NCBI GenBank assembly: GCA_019120245.1
Contig: DWVK01000055.1
Location: forward strand, 18,869-82,868
Reading direction: 5' to 3'
Source: Candidatus Mediterraneibacter caccogallinarum
GTDB taxonomy: Bacteria; Bacillota; Clostridia; Lachnospirales; Lachnospiraceae
DNA: 64,000 nt
Part shown: one piece after another, positions 1-9,734 of the stretch
How the letters are laid out: each line of letters begins with the position of its first letter
How positions within the stretch are numbered: position 1 is the first letter of the stretch
The notes under the pieces: generated by a model
What the model saw: the letters and a program-made list of their open reading frames with translations, nothing else
What the model was told of the DNA's origin: nothing
Databases searched by the model: none
Position numbers and translations under genes: made by a program

Positions 1-459
1 TGTACAGGCGCGAATCTGGACTGCATCGCCAGGGAAGTGTTCTGGAAGGAGCGCCTGAACTTCAATCACGGCACAGGACACGGCGTGGGATATCTTATGA
101 ATATCCACGAGGCTCCGATCAATTTCCGGTGGCGCGAGGGCAGGACACCTGCGCCGGTGCTGGAGAAGAACATGGTGATCACGGATGAGCCCGGCGTCTA
201 TATTGAGGATTCGCACGGGATCAGGCTGGAGAATGAACTTCTGGTGCAGGAGGATGAGAAGAACCAGTATGGGCAGTTTATGCACTTTGAGATCCTCACG
301 TTTGTCCCGATCGATCTTGATGCGGTCCTGCCGGAGCTGATGTCCGTGGAGGAACGCGCCATGCTCAATGCCTATCACGCAAAGGTATATGAGCTGATCG
401 GTCCTCGTCTGCCGGAAGAAGAACGAAAATGGCTGAGAGAGTATACCAGACCGGTTTGA
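1..459 (+). CDS. Aminopeptidase P family (M24) peptidase, C-terminal part (begins before window)
   Basis: Frame open from base 1; metal-binding motifs HGTGHGVG, IHE, DEPG and GIRLEN, plus the typical C-terminal YHAKVY...WL tail. Confidence 0.9.
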   Translation, partial: CTGANLDCIAREVFWKERLNFNHGTGHGVGYLMNIHEAPINFRWREGRTPAPVLEKNMVITDEPGVYIEDSHGIRLENELLVQEDEKNQYGQFMHFEILTFVPIDLDAVLPELMSVEERAMLNAYHAKVYELIGPRLPEEERKWLREYTRPV

Positions 460-491
460 AAAATAGTAGGAATAAGGAACTGAATGAAGTG

Positions 492-1445
492 ATGGAAGTA
501 ACAGAAAACAGTACGAATGAATTAATTGCCAGGATCGAGGCGAAATACGATAAGATGAGCAAGGGACAGAAACGGCTTGCCGACTATGTCTGCCAGAATT
601 ATGACAAAGCTGTCTTTCTCACCGCAGCCCGCCTGGGCGAGATCGTGGGAGTCAGTGAGTCCACTGTGGTCCGGTTCGCCACACAGCTGGGATACAAAGG
701 GTACCCGGGATTCCAGAAGGCGCTGGAAGAACTGGTGAGGAATAAGCTGAACTCGATCCAGAGGATGGAAGTGACTTACGGGAGGATCAGCCAGAGTGAG
801 ATCCTCGAGACAGTGCTTCAGTCCGATATAGAAAAGATCAAGCTCACGCTCGCGGCGATCGATCACAAAGCGTTCAATCTTGCCATTGATACGATACTGA
901 ATGCAAGAAAGATCTATGTGATCGGGATTCGGAGCTGCGCCCCCTTGGCGTCGTTCCTGACATTTTATCTGAATCTGGTCTGCGAGGATGTCACTGCGGT
1001 AAATACGAACAGTTCCAGTGAGATCTTTGAGCAGCTCATCCGGATTGGGGAGGAGGACGTGATCATCGGGATCAGTTTTCCGCGTTATTCTATGAGGACG
1101 CTGAAGGCGCTGGAGTTCGCCAGCAACCGGAAGGCGAAGGTGATCACGCTTACGGACAGCATCCATTCGCCCATGAATCTGTATTCTTCCTGCAACCTGA
1201 TCGCCCGCAGCGATATGGCGTCTATCGTGGATTCTCTTGTGGCACCGCTCAGTGTTGTGAACGCGCTGATCGTGGCGCTCTGCATGAAGAAGCAGAAGGA
1301 AGTCGTCAGCACTCTGGAGATGCTGGAAAAGATCTGGGGCGAATATCAGGTGTACAGCGGAGATGAACTGAACCCTGTAAGCGGCACCGTGTCCGTAGGA
1401 GGACAGGAAGATGAAGAAAAGAAGAAAGGCGGAGACAGCGAATGA
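492..1445 (+). CDS. MurR/RpiR family transcriptional regulator (HTH + SIS)
   Basis: HTH segment VSESTVVRFATQLGYKGY; SIS segments IYVIGIRS and IGISFPRYS; start chosen at ATG 492. Confidence 0.9.
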   Translation: MEVTENSTNELIARIEAKYDKMSKGQKRLADYVCQNYDKAVFLTAARLGEIVGVSESTVVRFATQLGYKGYPGFQKALEELVRNKLNSIQRMEVTYGRISQSEILETVLQSDIEKIKLTLAAIDHKAFNLAIDTILNARKIYVIGIRSCAPLASFLTFYLNLVCEDVTAVNTNSSSEIFEQLIRIGEEDVIIGISFPRYSMRTLKALEFASNRKAKVITLTDSIHSPMNLYSSCNLIARSDMASIVDSLVAPLSVVNALIVALCMKKQKEVVSTLEMLEKIWGEYQVYSGDELNPVSGTVSVGGQEDEEKKKGGDSE

Positions 1446-2677
1446 GCAGTGTGATCGTGATCGGCGGAGGCGCCGCGGGAATGATGGCGGCTGTTTTTGC
1501 CGCCCGCAGCGGCAGGAAGGTCCGCCTTCTGGAAAAGAATGAGAAACTTGGGAAGAAGCTGTTCATCACAGGAAAAGGCAGATGCAATATCACCAATGCC
1601 GCGGATGTGGAGGAACTCTTTCCGGCAGTTGTGAGCAATCCGAAATTTCTGTACAGCGGATTTTACAGCTTCACGAATGAAGCGGCCGTCGAGTTTTTTG
1701 AAGAGCTGGGTGTGAAGACAAAGGTGGAGAGAGGCGGCAGGGTATTCCCTGTCTCAGATCATTCTTCCGATGTGATCAGCGCCCTGAGCCGTGAGATGCG
1801 GAGGCTGGGCGTAAAGGTGTCTCTCGAAACAGAGGTGAAGCGTATCCTGTGCGAAGACGGGCGCGCATCGGGCGTTGAGACTGCCGGCGGGGAGCAGATA
1901 CAGGCGGACGCTGTGATCGTCGCTACGGGAGGAATCTCCTATCCATCGACAGGTTCCACGGGAGACGGATACCGTTTTGCCCGGGAGTGCGGACACCGGG
2001 TGACGGATCTGTCCCCCTCCCTTGTCCCGATGGAAGTGAAAGAGTGGTATGCCAGAGAACTTATGGGGCTGTCGCTGCGCAACATCGAGATCCGGGTGAC
2101 GGACGGCGGAAAGAAGCTGTATGAAGAGTTCGGCGAAATGCTCTTTACCCATTACGGAGTGACCGGTCCGGTCATCCTGAGTGCCAGCAGTATCGTGGGA
2201 AAGCGGCTCAAGGAGAGGGAACTCACGCTCCATATCGACCTGAAGCCGGCCCTGACCGAAGAACAGCTGGACAAGAGAGTTCTGCGGGAATTTGAGGCGA
2301 GCCGCAACCGGCAGTTCAAAAATGCAGTGGACAGCCTGTTTCCTGCAAAACTGAAGCCTGTGATGGTGGAACTTTCCGGGATACCGGAGGAGAAAAAGGT
2401 CAATGAGATCACCCGGGAGGAGCGAAGCCGGTTCGTCCGGCTGATCAAGGACTTTACCATGACGCTGACCGGACTCAGAGGATACAGTGAGGCGATCATC
2501 ACGAAGGGCGGCGTGTCCGTGAAAGAGATCGACCCCGGGACCATGGAGTCGAAGCTGGTGAAAGACCTGTACTTTGCAGGAGAGGTGCTGGACCTGGATG
2601 CGGTGACCGGAGGCTATAACCTGCAGATCGCCTGGTCCACCGGATATCTGGCGGGCGTAAACGCAGGGGGAGAATGA
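1442..2677 (+). CDS. NAD(P)/FAD-dependent oxidoreductase, HI0933/YhiN(BaiN-like) family
   Basis: GGGAAGMMAA Rossmann motif, GKGRCNITN, ATGGISYP, TKGGV, GEVLDLDAVTGGYNLQ. Confidence 0.92.
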   Translation: MSSVIVIGGGAAGMMAAVFAARSGRKVRLLEKNEKLGKKLFITGKGRCNITNAADVEELFPAVVSNPKFLYSGFYSFTNEAAVEFFEELGVKTKVERGGRVFPVSDHSSDVISALSREMRRLGVKVSLETEVKRILCEDGRASGVETAGGEQIQADAVIVATGGISYPSTGSTGDGYRFARECGHRVTDLSPSLVPMEVKEWYARELMGLSLRNIEIRVTDGGKKLYEEFGEMLFTHYGVTGPVILSASSIVGKRLKERELTLHIDLKPALTEEQLDKRVLREFEASRNRQFKNAVDSLFPAKLKPVMVELSGIPEEKKVNEITREERSRFVRLIKDFTMTLTGLRGYSEAIITKGGVSVKEIDPGTMESKLVKDLYFAGEVLDLDAVTGGYNLQIAWSTGYLAGVNAGGE

Positions 2678-2714
2678 GAAGAGAAAGGAATCTAGATTTA
2701 CGGAGGAGAGACAG

Positions 2715-3371
2715 ATGGGATACAATGTAGCGATCGACGGGCCCGCAGGCGCGGGAAAGAGCACTATCGCGAAGCTGGTGGCGAAGAAGAAAGGATATAT
2801 CTATGTGGATACAGGTGCGATGTACAGAGGACTTGCGATCCATTTTCTGAAGAAAAAGGCAGATCCGGAGGACCGGCAGGCAGTGGCGGAGGCGTGCAGG
2901 GACGCGGAGGTCACTATCGGATATGAGGATGGTGTCCAGCAGATCTATCTGAACGGGGAGAACGTGACCGGTATGCTCCGCACCGAAGAAGTAGGCAATA
3001 TGGCATCAAAGACATCCGCGATCCCGGAAGTGCGGGAGAAGCTCCTGGAGCTTCAGCGCTCTCTGGCAAGAGAGAAGGATGTGATCATGGACGGAAGGGA
3101 TATCGGAACGAATATCCTTCCCAATGCAGATGTCAAGATCTATCTTACCGCCAGCGTGGAGACAAGAGCCCGCCGCAGATATGATGAGCTGAAGGAAAAG
3201 GGGACAGACTGCAGTCTGGATGAGATCGCCCGTGATATCAGAGAACGGGATGAACGCGATATGACAAGAGAGATCGCTCCGCTTAAGAAAGCGGAGGACG
3301 CTATCCTTGTGGACAGCTCGGACATGACGATACAGCAGGTCGTTGATGAGATCTGCGGTTACTGCAGATAA
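2715..3371 (+). CDS. cmk: Cytidylate kinase
   Basis: AIDGPAGAGKST, DTGAMYR, MDGRDIGT motifs. Confidence 0.97.
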   Translation: MGYNVAIDGPAGAGKSTIAKLVAKKKGYIYVDTGAMYRGLAIHFLKKKADPEDRQAVAEACRDAEVTIGYEDGVQQIYLNGENVTGMLRTEEVGNMASKTSAIPEVREKLLELQRSLAREKDVIMDGRDIGTNILPNADVKIYLTASVETRARRRYDELKEKGTDCSLDEIARDIRERDERDMTREIAPLKKAEDAILVDSSDMTIQQVVDEICGYCR

Positions 3372-3388
3372 CGGGAGTCTTTGGTAAG

Positions 3389-4243
3389 ATGAAAGTGATC
3401 AAAGCGAAGACGGCGGGGTTCTGCTTCGGCGTGAAGCGGGCTGTCGAGACAGTCTATGAACAGGTGGAGAATTGCGGGAACGAGCAGATCTACACCTATG
3501 GTCCGATCATCCACAACGAAGAGGTGATCAAGGATATGGAGGCAAAGGGTGTGCGCGTCCTGAGATCAGAGGAAGATCTGGATGCGCTTTCGGGAGGAAC
3601 TGTGATCATACGCTCCCACGGTGTCGAGAAAAGGATCTATGACAGCCTGAATGAAAAAAATGTCAGGATCGTGGACGCTACCTGTCCTTTTGTCAAAAAG
3701 ATCCACAATATCGTCCGGGAGCAGAGCGCTCAGGGGAGATACATCGTGATCATCGGAAACCCGGAACATCCGGAAGTGATGGGGATCCGCGGATGGGCGG
3801 GAGATAAAGTGTCTGTGATACAGAACGCTTCGGATGCTGAAAATTTTTCTCCTGACAAAAATGAAAAAATCTGTATCGTTTCCCAGACGACATTTAATTA
3901 CAATAAATTTAAAGATTTAGTTGAAATTATTTCTGAAAAGAGTTATGATGTAAGTGTTTTAAATACAATCTGCAATGCTACGAAGGAGCGTCAGACAGAA
4001 GCGGAAAGCATTGCAGAAACGGTGGATGCTATGATAGTTATTGGCGACAAACATAGTTCCAATACCCAGAAGTTATTTGAAATTTGCCGCAAGGCATGTA
4101 ACAATACGTACTATATACAGACACTTGGCGATTTGGATTTGAATCAATTAGGGTCAGTGGAAACAGTAGGTATTACAGCAGGGGCATCCACGCCCAACAA
4201 TATAATTGAGGAGGTTCAAAATAATGTCGGAATTATCTTTTGA
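3389..4243 (+). CDS. ispH: 4-hydroxy-3-methylbut-2-enyl diphosphate reductase
   Basis: AGFCFGVKRA, DATCPFV, TICNAT (three Fe-S Cys), SSNT, ITAGASTP. Confidence 0.97.
   Translation: MKVIKAKTAGFCFGVKRAVETVYEQVENCGNEQIYTYGPIIHNEEVIKDMEAKGVRVLRSEEDLDALSGGTVIIRSHGVEKRIYDSLNEKNVRIVDATCPFVKKIHNIVREQSAQGRYIVIIGNPEHPEVMGIRGWAGDKVSVIQNASDAENFSPDKNEKICIVSQTTFNYNKFKDLVEIISEKSYDVSVLNTICNATKERQTEAESIAETVDAMIVIGDKHSSNTQKLFEICRKACNNTYYIQTLGDLDLNQLGSVETVGITAGASTPNNIIEEVQNNVGIIF
3921..3949 (+). promoter_or_regulatory. Putative internal sigma-A promoter within ispH, upstream of rpsA
   Basis: TTGAAA-17 nt-TATGAT inside an AT-rich 3' part of ispH. Confidence 0.5.
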
Positions 4244-5306
4244 ACAGATGTTAGATGAGTCATTTAAAACAATTCATAATGGTGAAGTGGTAGAAGGCAC
4301 TGTGATCGATGTGAAACCGGATGAGATCATCCTGAATATCGGATACAAGGCTGACGGTATCATCACAAAGAGTGAATATTCCAATGACCAGTCTATTGAT
4401 CTGACAACAGTTGTTTCTGTCGGGGATACGATGACAGTCAAAGTGCTGAAAGTAAACGATGGTGAAGGGCAGGTTCTTCTTACATATAAGAGACTTGCTG
4501 CAGAGAAGGGCAATGAGAGACTTCGCGAAGCATATGAGAACAAGGAAGTGCTGAAAGCGACAGTGACTCAGATCCTGGGCGGAGGTATCTGCGCTACAGT
4601 TGATGAGGTGCGTGTTTTCATTCCGGCAAGCCTTGTATCTGATTCTTATGAGAAAGATCTCAGCAAATATGAAGGAAAAGAGATCGAATTCGTGATCAGC
4701 GAGTTCAATCCGAGAAGAAACCGTGTGATCGGTGACAGAAGACAGCTTCTTGTTGCAGAGCGCACTGAGAAGCAGAAAGAACTCTTCGCAAAACTGAAGG
4801 TTGGCGATACAGTTGAAGGTACTGTTAAGAATGTAACGGATTTCGGTGCATTTGTTGATCTCGGCGGTGTTGACGGACTGCTCCACATCTCAGAGATGTC
4901 CTGGGGAAGAGTTGACAACCCGAAGAAACTGTTCCATGTTGGCGATCAGCTCAAAGTGCTTGTCAAGGATATCCATGACACGAAGATCGCGCTCAGTCTG
5001 AAGTTCCCGGAGACAAATCCGTGGGTAAACGCAGCAGAAGACTTTGCAGTTGGCAAAGTTATCACAGGCAAAGTTGCACGTATGACAGATTTCGGCGCAT
5101 TTGTTGAGCTTGCACCGGGAGTTGACGCACTCCTTCATGTTTCTCAGATTTCAAGAGCACATGTCGACAAGCCGTCAGATGTTCTCTCAATCGGTCAGGA
5201 GATCACAGCGAAGATTGTTGACCTCAATGAGGCGGAGAAGAAGATCAGCCTCAGCATGAAGGCTCTCGAGAATGAGAATCATGCAGAGGAGACTGCAGAG
5301 GAATAA
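4224..5306 (+). CDS. rpsA: 30S ribosomal protein S1
   Basis: Repeated S1 domains (DFGAFVDLGGVDGLLHISE, DFGAFVELAPGVDALLHVSQ); RBS GAGGAGG before ATG 4224. Confidence 0.96.
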   Translation: MSELSFEQMLDESFKTIHNGEVVEGTVIDVKPDEIILNIGYKADGIITKSEYSNDQSIDLTTVVSVGDTMTVKVLKVNDGEGQVLLTYKRLAAEKGNERLREAYENKEVLKATVTQILGGGICATVDEVRVFIPASLVSDSYEKDLSKYEGKEIEFVISEFNPRRNRVIGDRRQLLVAERTEKQKELFAKLKVGDTVEGTVKNVTDFGAFVDLGGVDGLLHISEMSWGRVDNPKKLFHVGDQLKVLVKDIHDTKIALSLKFPETNPWVNAAEDFAVGKVITGKVARMTDFGAFVELAPGVDALLHVSQISRAHVDKPSDVLSIGQEITAKIVDLNEAEKKISLSMKALENENHAEETAEE

Positions 5307-5326
5307 ATAATATCAGAGATTTTATC

Positions 5327-5357
5327 AAAAACAGCCGCACAGCGGCTGTTTTTTTTG
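5327..5357 (+). terminator. Rho-independent terminator after rpsA
   Basis: AAAAACAGCCGC-ACA-GCGGCTGTTTTT hairpin with T run. Confidence 0.9.
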
Positions 5358-5372
5358 TTAAAAAACCGACAG
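5355..5372. promoter_or_regulatory. Possible Rex operator upstream of rnfC
   Basis: TTGTTAA-AAAA-CCGACAG against clostridial Rex consensus TTGTTAA-N4-TTAACAA; left half perfect, TGT-N10-ACA spacing kept, right half weak. Confidence 0.3.
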
Positions 5373-5508
5373 GATGTATAGAAAAAGATGCAATATTTAC
5401 GGCTGATATACTGGATTTTGAATTTGTATTTTAGTAAAATAGTGGTATTGTGAAAATAAAGCGGGTTCTGCCGAAAAGACGGATGCCGCTAAAGAAAGGA
5501 AGAGTGAA

Positions 5509-6828
5509 ATGGGACTTTTGACATTTAAAGGCGGGATTCATCCTGATGATGGAAAACGTTTTTCGAAAGACCAGGCAGTGAAGCCCCTTTTACCAAAAGG
5601 AGATATGGTTTACCCTCTCTCCCAGCATATAGGTGCCCCTGCCAACCCTGTTGTTAAAAAAGGAGATCATGTCCTGAAAGGACAGATGATCGCCGATGCA
5701 GGCGGATTTGTTTCCGCGCCGATCTATTCTTCCGTGTCCGGAACAGTGAAAGGGCTGGAACAGAGATTTAATCCCACGGGCACAAAGGTCGAGTGTATTG
5801 TGATCGAGAATGACGGAGAGTATGCTGAAGCCGAGTATGCCCCTGTAAAACCGCTGGATGAACTGACCAGAGAGGAGATCCTTGACATGATCGCCCGGGC
5901 AGGTATTGTCGGTATGGGAGGAGCGGGTTTCCCGACCCGCGTGAAGCTTTCACCGAAGGAGCCGGATAAGATCGACTATATCATTGCCAACTGCGCGGAG
6001 TGTGAGCCGTACATCACGGCAGATTACAGAAGGATGCTCGAGAATACAGATGAACTGGTCAGCGGAATGCGGGTTGTGCTTTCTCTGTTCCCAAATGCAA
6101 AGGGAATTTTTGCGGTCGAGGACAACAAAAAGGACTGTATCGAGAAACTGAACCAGGCAGTGGCTGATGAGCCGCGCATGGACGTGAAAGCGCTGGTCAC
6201 AAAATATCCGCAGGGTGCTGAACGTCAGCTCATCTATGCCGTGACAAAGCGGGCAATAAATTCGTCTATGCTCCCCGCTGATGCGGGATGTATCGTGGAT
6301 AATGTGGAGACCCTGATCGGCATACATAACGCAGTCATCTGCGGAAGGCCTCTGACAGAGCGGATCGTTACAGTGAGCGGAGATGCAGTGGAATCTCCGG
6401 GTAATTTCCGTGTGCTTCTTGGAACGAACCACAGAGAGCTGATCGATGCTGCCGGAGGATTCAAGGCTGAGCCGGAGAAGCTGATCTCGGGCGGTCCGAT
6501 GATGGGATTTGCCATGGTGACGCTGGACGCGCCGGTGACGAAGACTTCTTCGGCAATCCTCGCCTTCAAAGAGGATGTAGTATCCAGAAGTCCGGAGACG
6601 GCATGCATCAACTGCGGCAGATGCGTGGAGGTCTGCCCGAGCAGGATCATTCCGTCCAGGCTGGCAGATTATGCGAGAAGACAGGATGAGGAATCCTTTG
6701 TTGCGATGAACGGACTGGAGTGCGTGGAGTGCGGTTCCTGCAGCTACGTCTGTCCGGCAAAACGCCAGTTAAAGCAGGCGATCGGAGCGATGAGAAAGAT
6801 CGCTCTTGCAAATAAAAGGAAAAAATGA
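5509..6828 (+). CDS. rnfC: Rnf complex subunit C
   Basis: FKGGIHP start, GIVGMGGAGFPT, NCAECEPY, two CxxCxxCxxxCP clusters. Confidence 0.97.
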   Translation: MGLLTFKGGIHPDDGKRFSKDQAVKPLLPKGDMVYPLSQHIGAPANPVVKKGDHVLKGQMIADAGGFVSAPIYSSVSGTVKGLEQRFNPTGTKVECIVIENDGEYAEAEYAPVKPLDELTREEILDMIARAGIVGMGGAGFPTRVKLSPKEPDKIDYIIANCAECEPYITADYRRMLENTDELVSGMRVVLSLFPNAKGIFAVEDNKKDCIEKLNQAVADEPRMDVKALVTKYPQGAERQLIYAVTKRAINSSMLPADAGCIVDNVETLIGIHNAVICGRPLTERIVTVSGDAVESPGNFRVLLGTNHRELIDAAGGFKAEPEKLISGGPMMGFAMVTLDAPVTKTSSAILAFKEDVVSRSPETACINCGRCVEVCPSRIIPSRLADYARRQDEESFVAMNGLECVECGSCSYVCPAKRQLKQAIGAMRKIALANKRKK

Positions 6829-6844
6829 GAGAGGTGACTGAAAA

Positions 6845-7777
6845 GTGAACGAGAATTATAAAGTATCGGCATCGCCGCATATCCGCGACAGGATAAAGAG
6901 CAGCAATATCATGCTCCTGGTCGTGATCGCGCTGCTCCCGGCGACCTTTTTCGGAATCTGGAATTTCCGTCACGAGAACGCGTGGATCCTCGTCGTCGTG
7001 ACGACAGCATCTGCGGTGCTTGCCGAGTACATCTATGAAAAACTGATGCACAAACCTATCACGATCAATGATTTCAGTGCGGTCGTCACAGGCCTTCTTC
7101 TGGCTCTGAACCTTCCGCCTACACTCCCATGGTGGATGGGAGTCCTCGGCGCTGTGTTTGCCATTGTGGTAGTCAAACAGCTTTTTGGAGGCCTGGGACA
7201 GAATTTTATGAATCCTGCTCTGGCGGCCAGATGTTTCCTTCTGATCTCATTTGCGGGAAATATGACGTACTTTGTATATGATGGTGTGACCGGTCCGACT
7301 CCTCTGGCAGAGCTGAAGGCAGGGGAAGCGGTGAACACGATGGATATGCTGCTGGGCAATATCCGAGGAACGATCGGTGAGACTTCAGTCATCGCCATTA
7401 TGATCGGAGCCATGTTCCTCCTCCTTATGGGGGTGATCGATCTGACGATCCCGGGGTCCTACCTTGTGTCATTCGTTGTATTTATCGTGATCTTCGGCGG
7501 ACATGGACTTGATCCACAGTATATCACTGCGCATCTGTGCGGAGGCGGACTGATGCTGGGAGCATGGTTCATGGCAACGGATTATGTGACTTCGCCGATC
7601 ACGACAAAAGGAAGGATCGTGTACGGCGTCTGTATGGGACTTCTGACAGGTCTGTTCAGACTTTTCGGAGGATCCGCAGAGGGAGTTTCCTATGCGATCA
7701 TCATCAGCAACCTTTTGGTTCCTCTGATCGAAAAAGTCACTCTTCCAAAACCATTCGGCAAAGGAGGAGAAAAGTAA
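6845..7777 (+). CDS. rnfD: Rnf complex subunit D
   Basis: SPH start, KQLFGGLGQNFMNPA, ATDYVTSP, EGVSYAI; FMN-site-like DGVTGPTPL. Confidence 0.96.
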   Translation: MNENYKVSASPHIRDRIKSSNIMLLVVIALLPATFFGIWNFRHENAWILVVVTTASAVLAEYIYEKLMHKPITINDFSAVVTGLLLALNLPPTLPWWMGVLGAVFAIVVVKQLFGGLGQNFMNPALAARCFLLISFAGNMTYFVYDGVTGPTPLAELKAGEAVNTMDMLLGNIRGTIGETSVIAIMIGAMFLLLMGVIDLTIPGSYLVSFVVFIVIFGGHGLDPQYITAHLCGGGLMLGAWFMATDYVTSPITTKGRIVYGVCMGLLTGLFRLFGGSAEGVSYAIIISNLLVPLIEKVTLPKPFGKGGEK

Positions 7778-8391
7778 TGAATAAGATTGTAAAAAATACA
7801 TTGATCCTGACAGCGATCACGGTGGTATCGGGACTTCTTCTCGGCGTTGTCTACGGCATTACAAAAGAACCTATCGCGGAAGCGCAGGAGAATACAAAGC
7901 AGGAGGCATACAGGTCCGTGCTGTCTGATGCCTCGTCTTTTGAGACGATGGAAGATTTTGACGCGGCGGACGCGGCTTCGATTCTGGAAGAAAATGGGTA
8001 TTCCTCTGATGAGATCACGGAAGTGGCGGAGGGGATCGACGACAGCGGCGAGACAGTCGGATATGTTGTCAACGTGATGTCCCACGAAGCCTATGACGGA
8101 GATCTGGAAGTTTCTGTCGGGATTGCGGCGGACGGAACGGTCAAGGGAATCGAGATGCTTTCCATCAGTGAGACTGCTGGTCTCGGAATGAAGGCGGATG
8201 AGGCCGAGTTCAAGGATCAGTTCAAGGATAAAAATGTAGAGAAGTTTACATATACAAAATCCGGCGAGAGCGGAGACGATAAGATCGACGCCATCAGCGG
8301 TGCGACGATCACGACAAATGCCGTGACCAATGCGGTGGACTCTGCGCTGGTATATTTTCAGAATGAGTTAGGAGGCGTTGTCAATGAATAA
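7777..8391 (+). CDS. rnfG: Rnf complex subunit G (FMN-binding)
   Basis: N-terminal TM helix, ETAGLG, flavinylation motif DAISGAT; ATG overlaps rnfD stop. Confidence 0.95.
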   Translation: MNKIVKNTLILTAITVVSGLLLGVVYGITKEPIAEAQENTKQEAYRSVLSDASSFETMEDFDAADAASILEENGYSSDEITEVAEGIDDSGETVGYVVNVMSHEAYDGDLEVSVGIAADGTVKGIEMLSISETAGLGMKADEAEFKDQFKDKNVEKFTYTKSGESGDDKIDAISGATITTNAVTNAVDSALVYFQNELGGVVNE

Positions 8392-9106
8392 GTGCACAGA
8401 GCGGATTTTCAACGGCCTTGTCAAGGAAAATCCGACGTTTGTCCTGATGCTCGGCATGTGTCCGACGCTTGCGGTCACTACGTCCGCGGTCAACGGAATC
8501 GGCATGGGACTTTCTACGACGGCCGTGCTCGTTATGTCGAACATGCTGATCTCCATGCTGAGAAAGATCATCCCGGATTCTGTCAGAATGCCGGCGTTCA
8601 TCGTTGTCGTGGCGTCTTTCGTCACAATTGTGGATTTCCTTCTGGAAGGCTTTGTCCCGAGTCTCTATGATTCTCTCGGACTGTACATTCCTCTGATCGT
8701 CGTGAACTGTATCATCCTCGGAAGGGCAGAGAGCTACGCATCGAAAAATCCGGTCCTCCCGTCAATCTTCGACGGACTTGGAATGGGACTGGGATTTACA
8801 GTGGGTCTTACCTGCATCGGTATCGTAAGAGAGCTGATCGGATCGGGAATGATCTTCGGCATGCAGGTCCTCCCGGATTCTTATGTCCCGATAACGATCT
8901 TCATCCTTGCACCGGGCGCTTTCTTCGTACTCGCGTGCCTTGTGGCGCTTCAGAATAAGATCAAGAGAAATCTTGCGAAGAAGGGCAGAAAGGTGCCGGA
9001 GAGCGCCGGATGCGGCGAGGGATGCGCCGCCTGCGGAAACCGTGCGGCGTGCAGCGGACACATGTTTCTCGATGTGACAGAGAAAAAAGAGAATGGACAG
9101 GAATAG
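8384..9106 (+). CDS. rnfE: Rnf complex subunit E
   Basis: LGMCPTLAVT, IPLIVVNCIILGRAE. Confidence 0.96.
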   Translation: MNKCTERIFNGLVKENPTFVLMLGMCPTLAVTTSAVNGIGMGLSTTAVLVMSNMLISMLRKIIPDSVRMPAFIVVVASFVTIVDFLLEGFVPSLYDSLGLYIPLIVVNCIILGRAESYASKNPVLPSIFDGLGMGLGFTVGLTCIGIVRELIGSGMIFGMQVLPDSYVPITIFILAPGAFFVLACLVALQNKIKRNLAKKGRKVPESAGCGEGCAACGNRAACSGHMFLDVTEKKENGQE

Positions 9107-9118
9107 GAGGAGACTGAT

Positions 9119-9721
9119 ATGGGAGAACAAATACAGAATCTTTTGCTGATCGCGGTCGGCTCCGCGTTTGTAAATAATGTGGTGCTCAGCCAGTTTCTTG
9201 GAATCTGTCCCTTCCTGGGAGTGTCAAAGAATGTAAAGACTGCTGCCGGCATGGGAAGCGCCGTGGTGTTTGTCATCACCATCGCTTCTTTTGTCACGGG
9301 ACTGATCTACAAGTTCATACTTGGAAACCCGAATATCATGGGCGGAGAGCTGGACTATCTGAATACGATCGTGTTCATCCTCGTGATCGCGGCGCTGGTA
9401 CAGTTTGTGGAGATGGTGCTGAAGAAATCCATGCCTGCTCTCTACAATGCGCTTGGAGTGTACCTTCCCCTGATCACGACGAACTGTGCGGTGCTCGGTG
9501 TGGCGCTGACGAACGTGCAGGAGGGATATGACATCCTCACCGGAGTCGTCAACGGTTTTGCCACAGCGGCGGGATTCCTCGTATCTATCGTACTGATGGC
9601 GGGGATCCGTGAGAAGATCGAGCACAATGACATTACGGAATCATTTCAGGGGACGCCGATCGTCCTTGTGACGGCAGGTCTGATGGCGATCGCGTTCTTC
9701 GGATTTTCAGGATTGATATAG
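9119..9721 (+). CDS. rnfA: Rnf complex subunit A
   Basis: NNVVLSQFLGICPFLG, YLPLITTNCAVLG. Confidence 0.96.
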   Translation: MGEQIQNLLLIAVGSAFVNNVVLSQFLGICPFLGVSKNVKTAAGMGSAVVFVITIASFVTGLIYKFILGNPNIMGGELDYLNTIVFILVIAALVQFVEMVLKKSMPALYNALGVYLPLITTNCAVLGVALTNVQEGYDILTGVVNGFATAAGFLVSIVLMAGIREKIEHNDITESFQGTPIVLVTAGLMAIAFFGFSGLI

Positions 9722-9734
9722 GAGGACAGAAGAT

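Noticed and set aside
1754-2764. 336-aa minus-strand ORF
   Set aside because: Antisense shadow of the HI0933-family gene; no motifs
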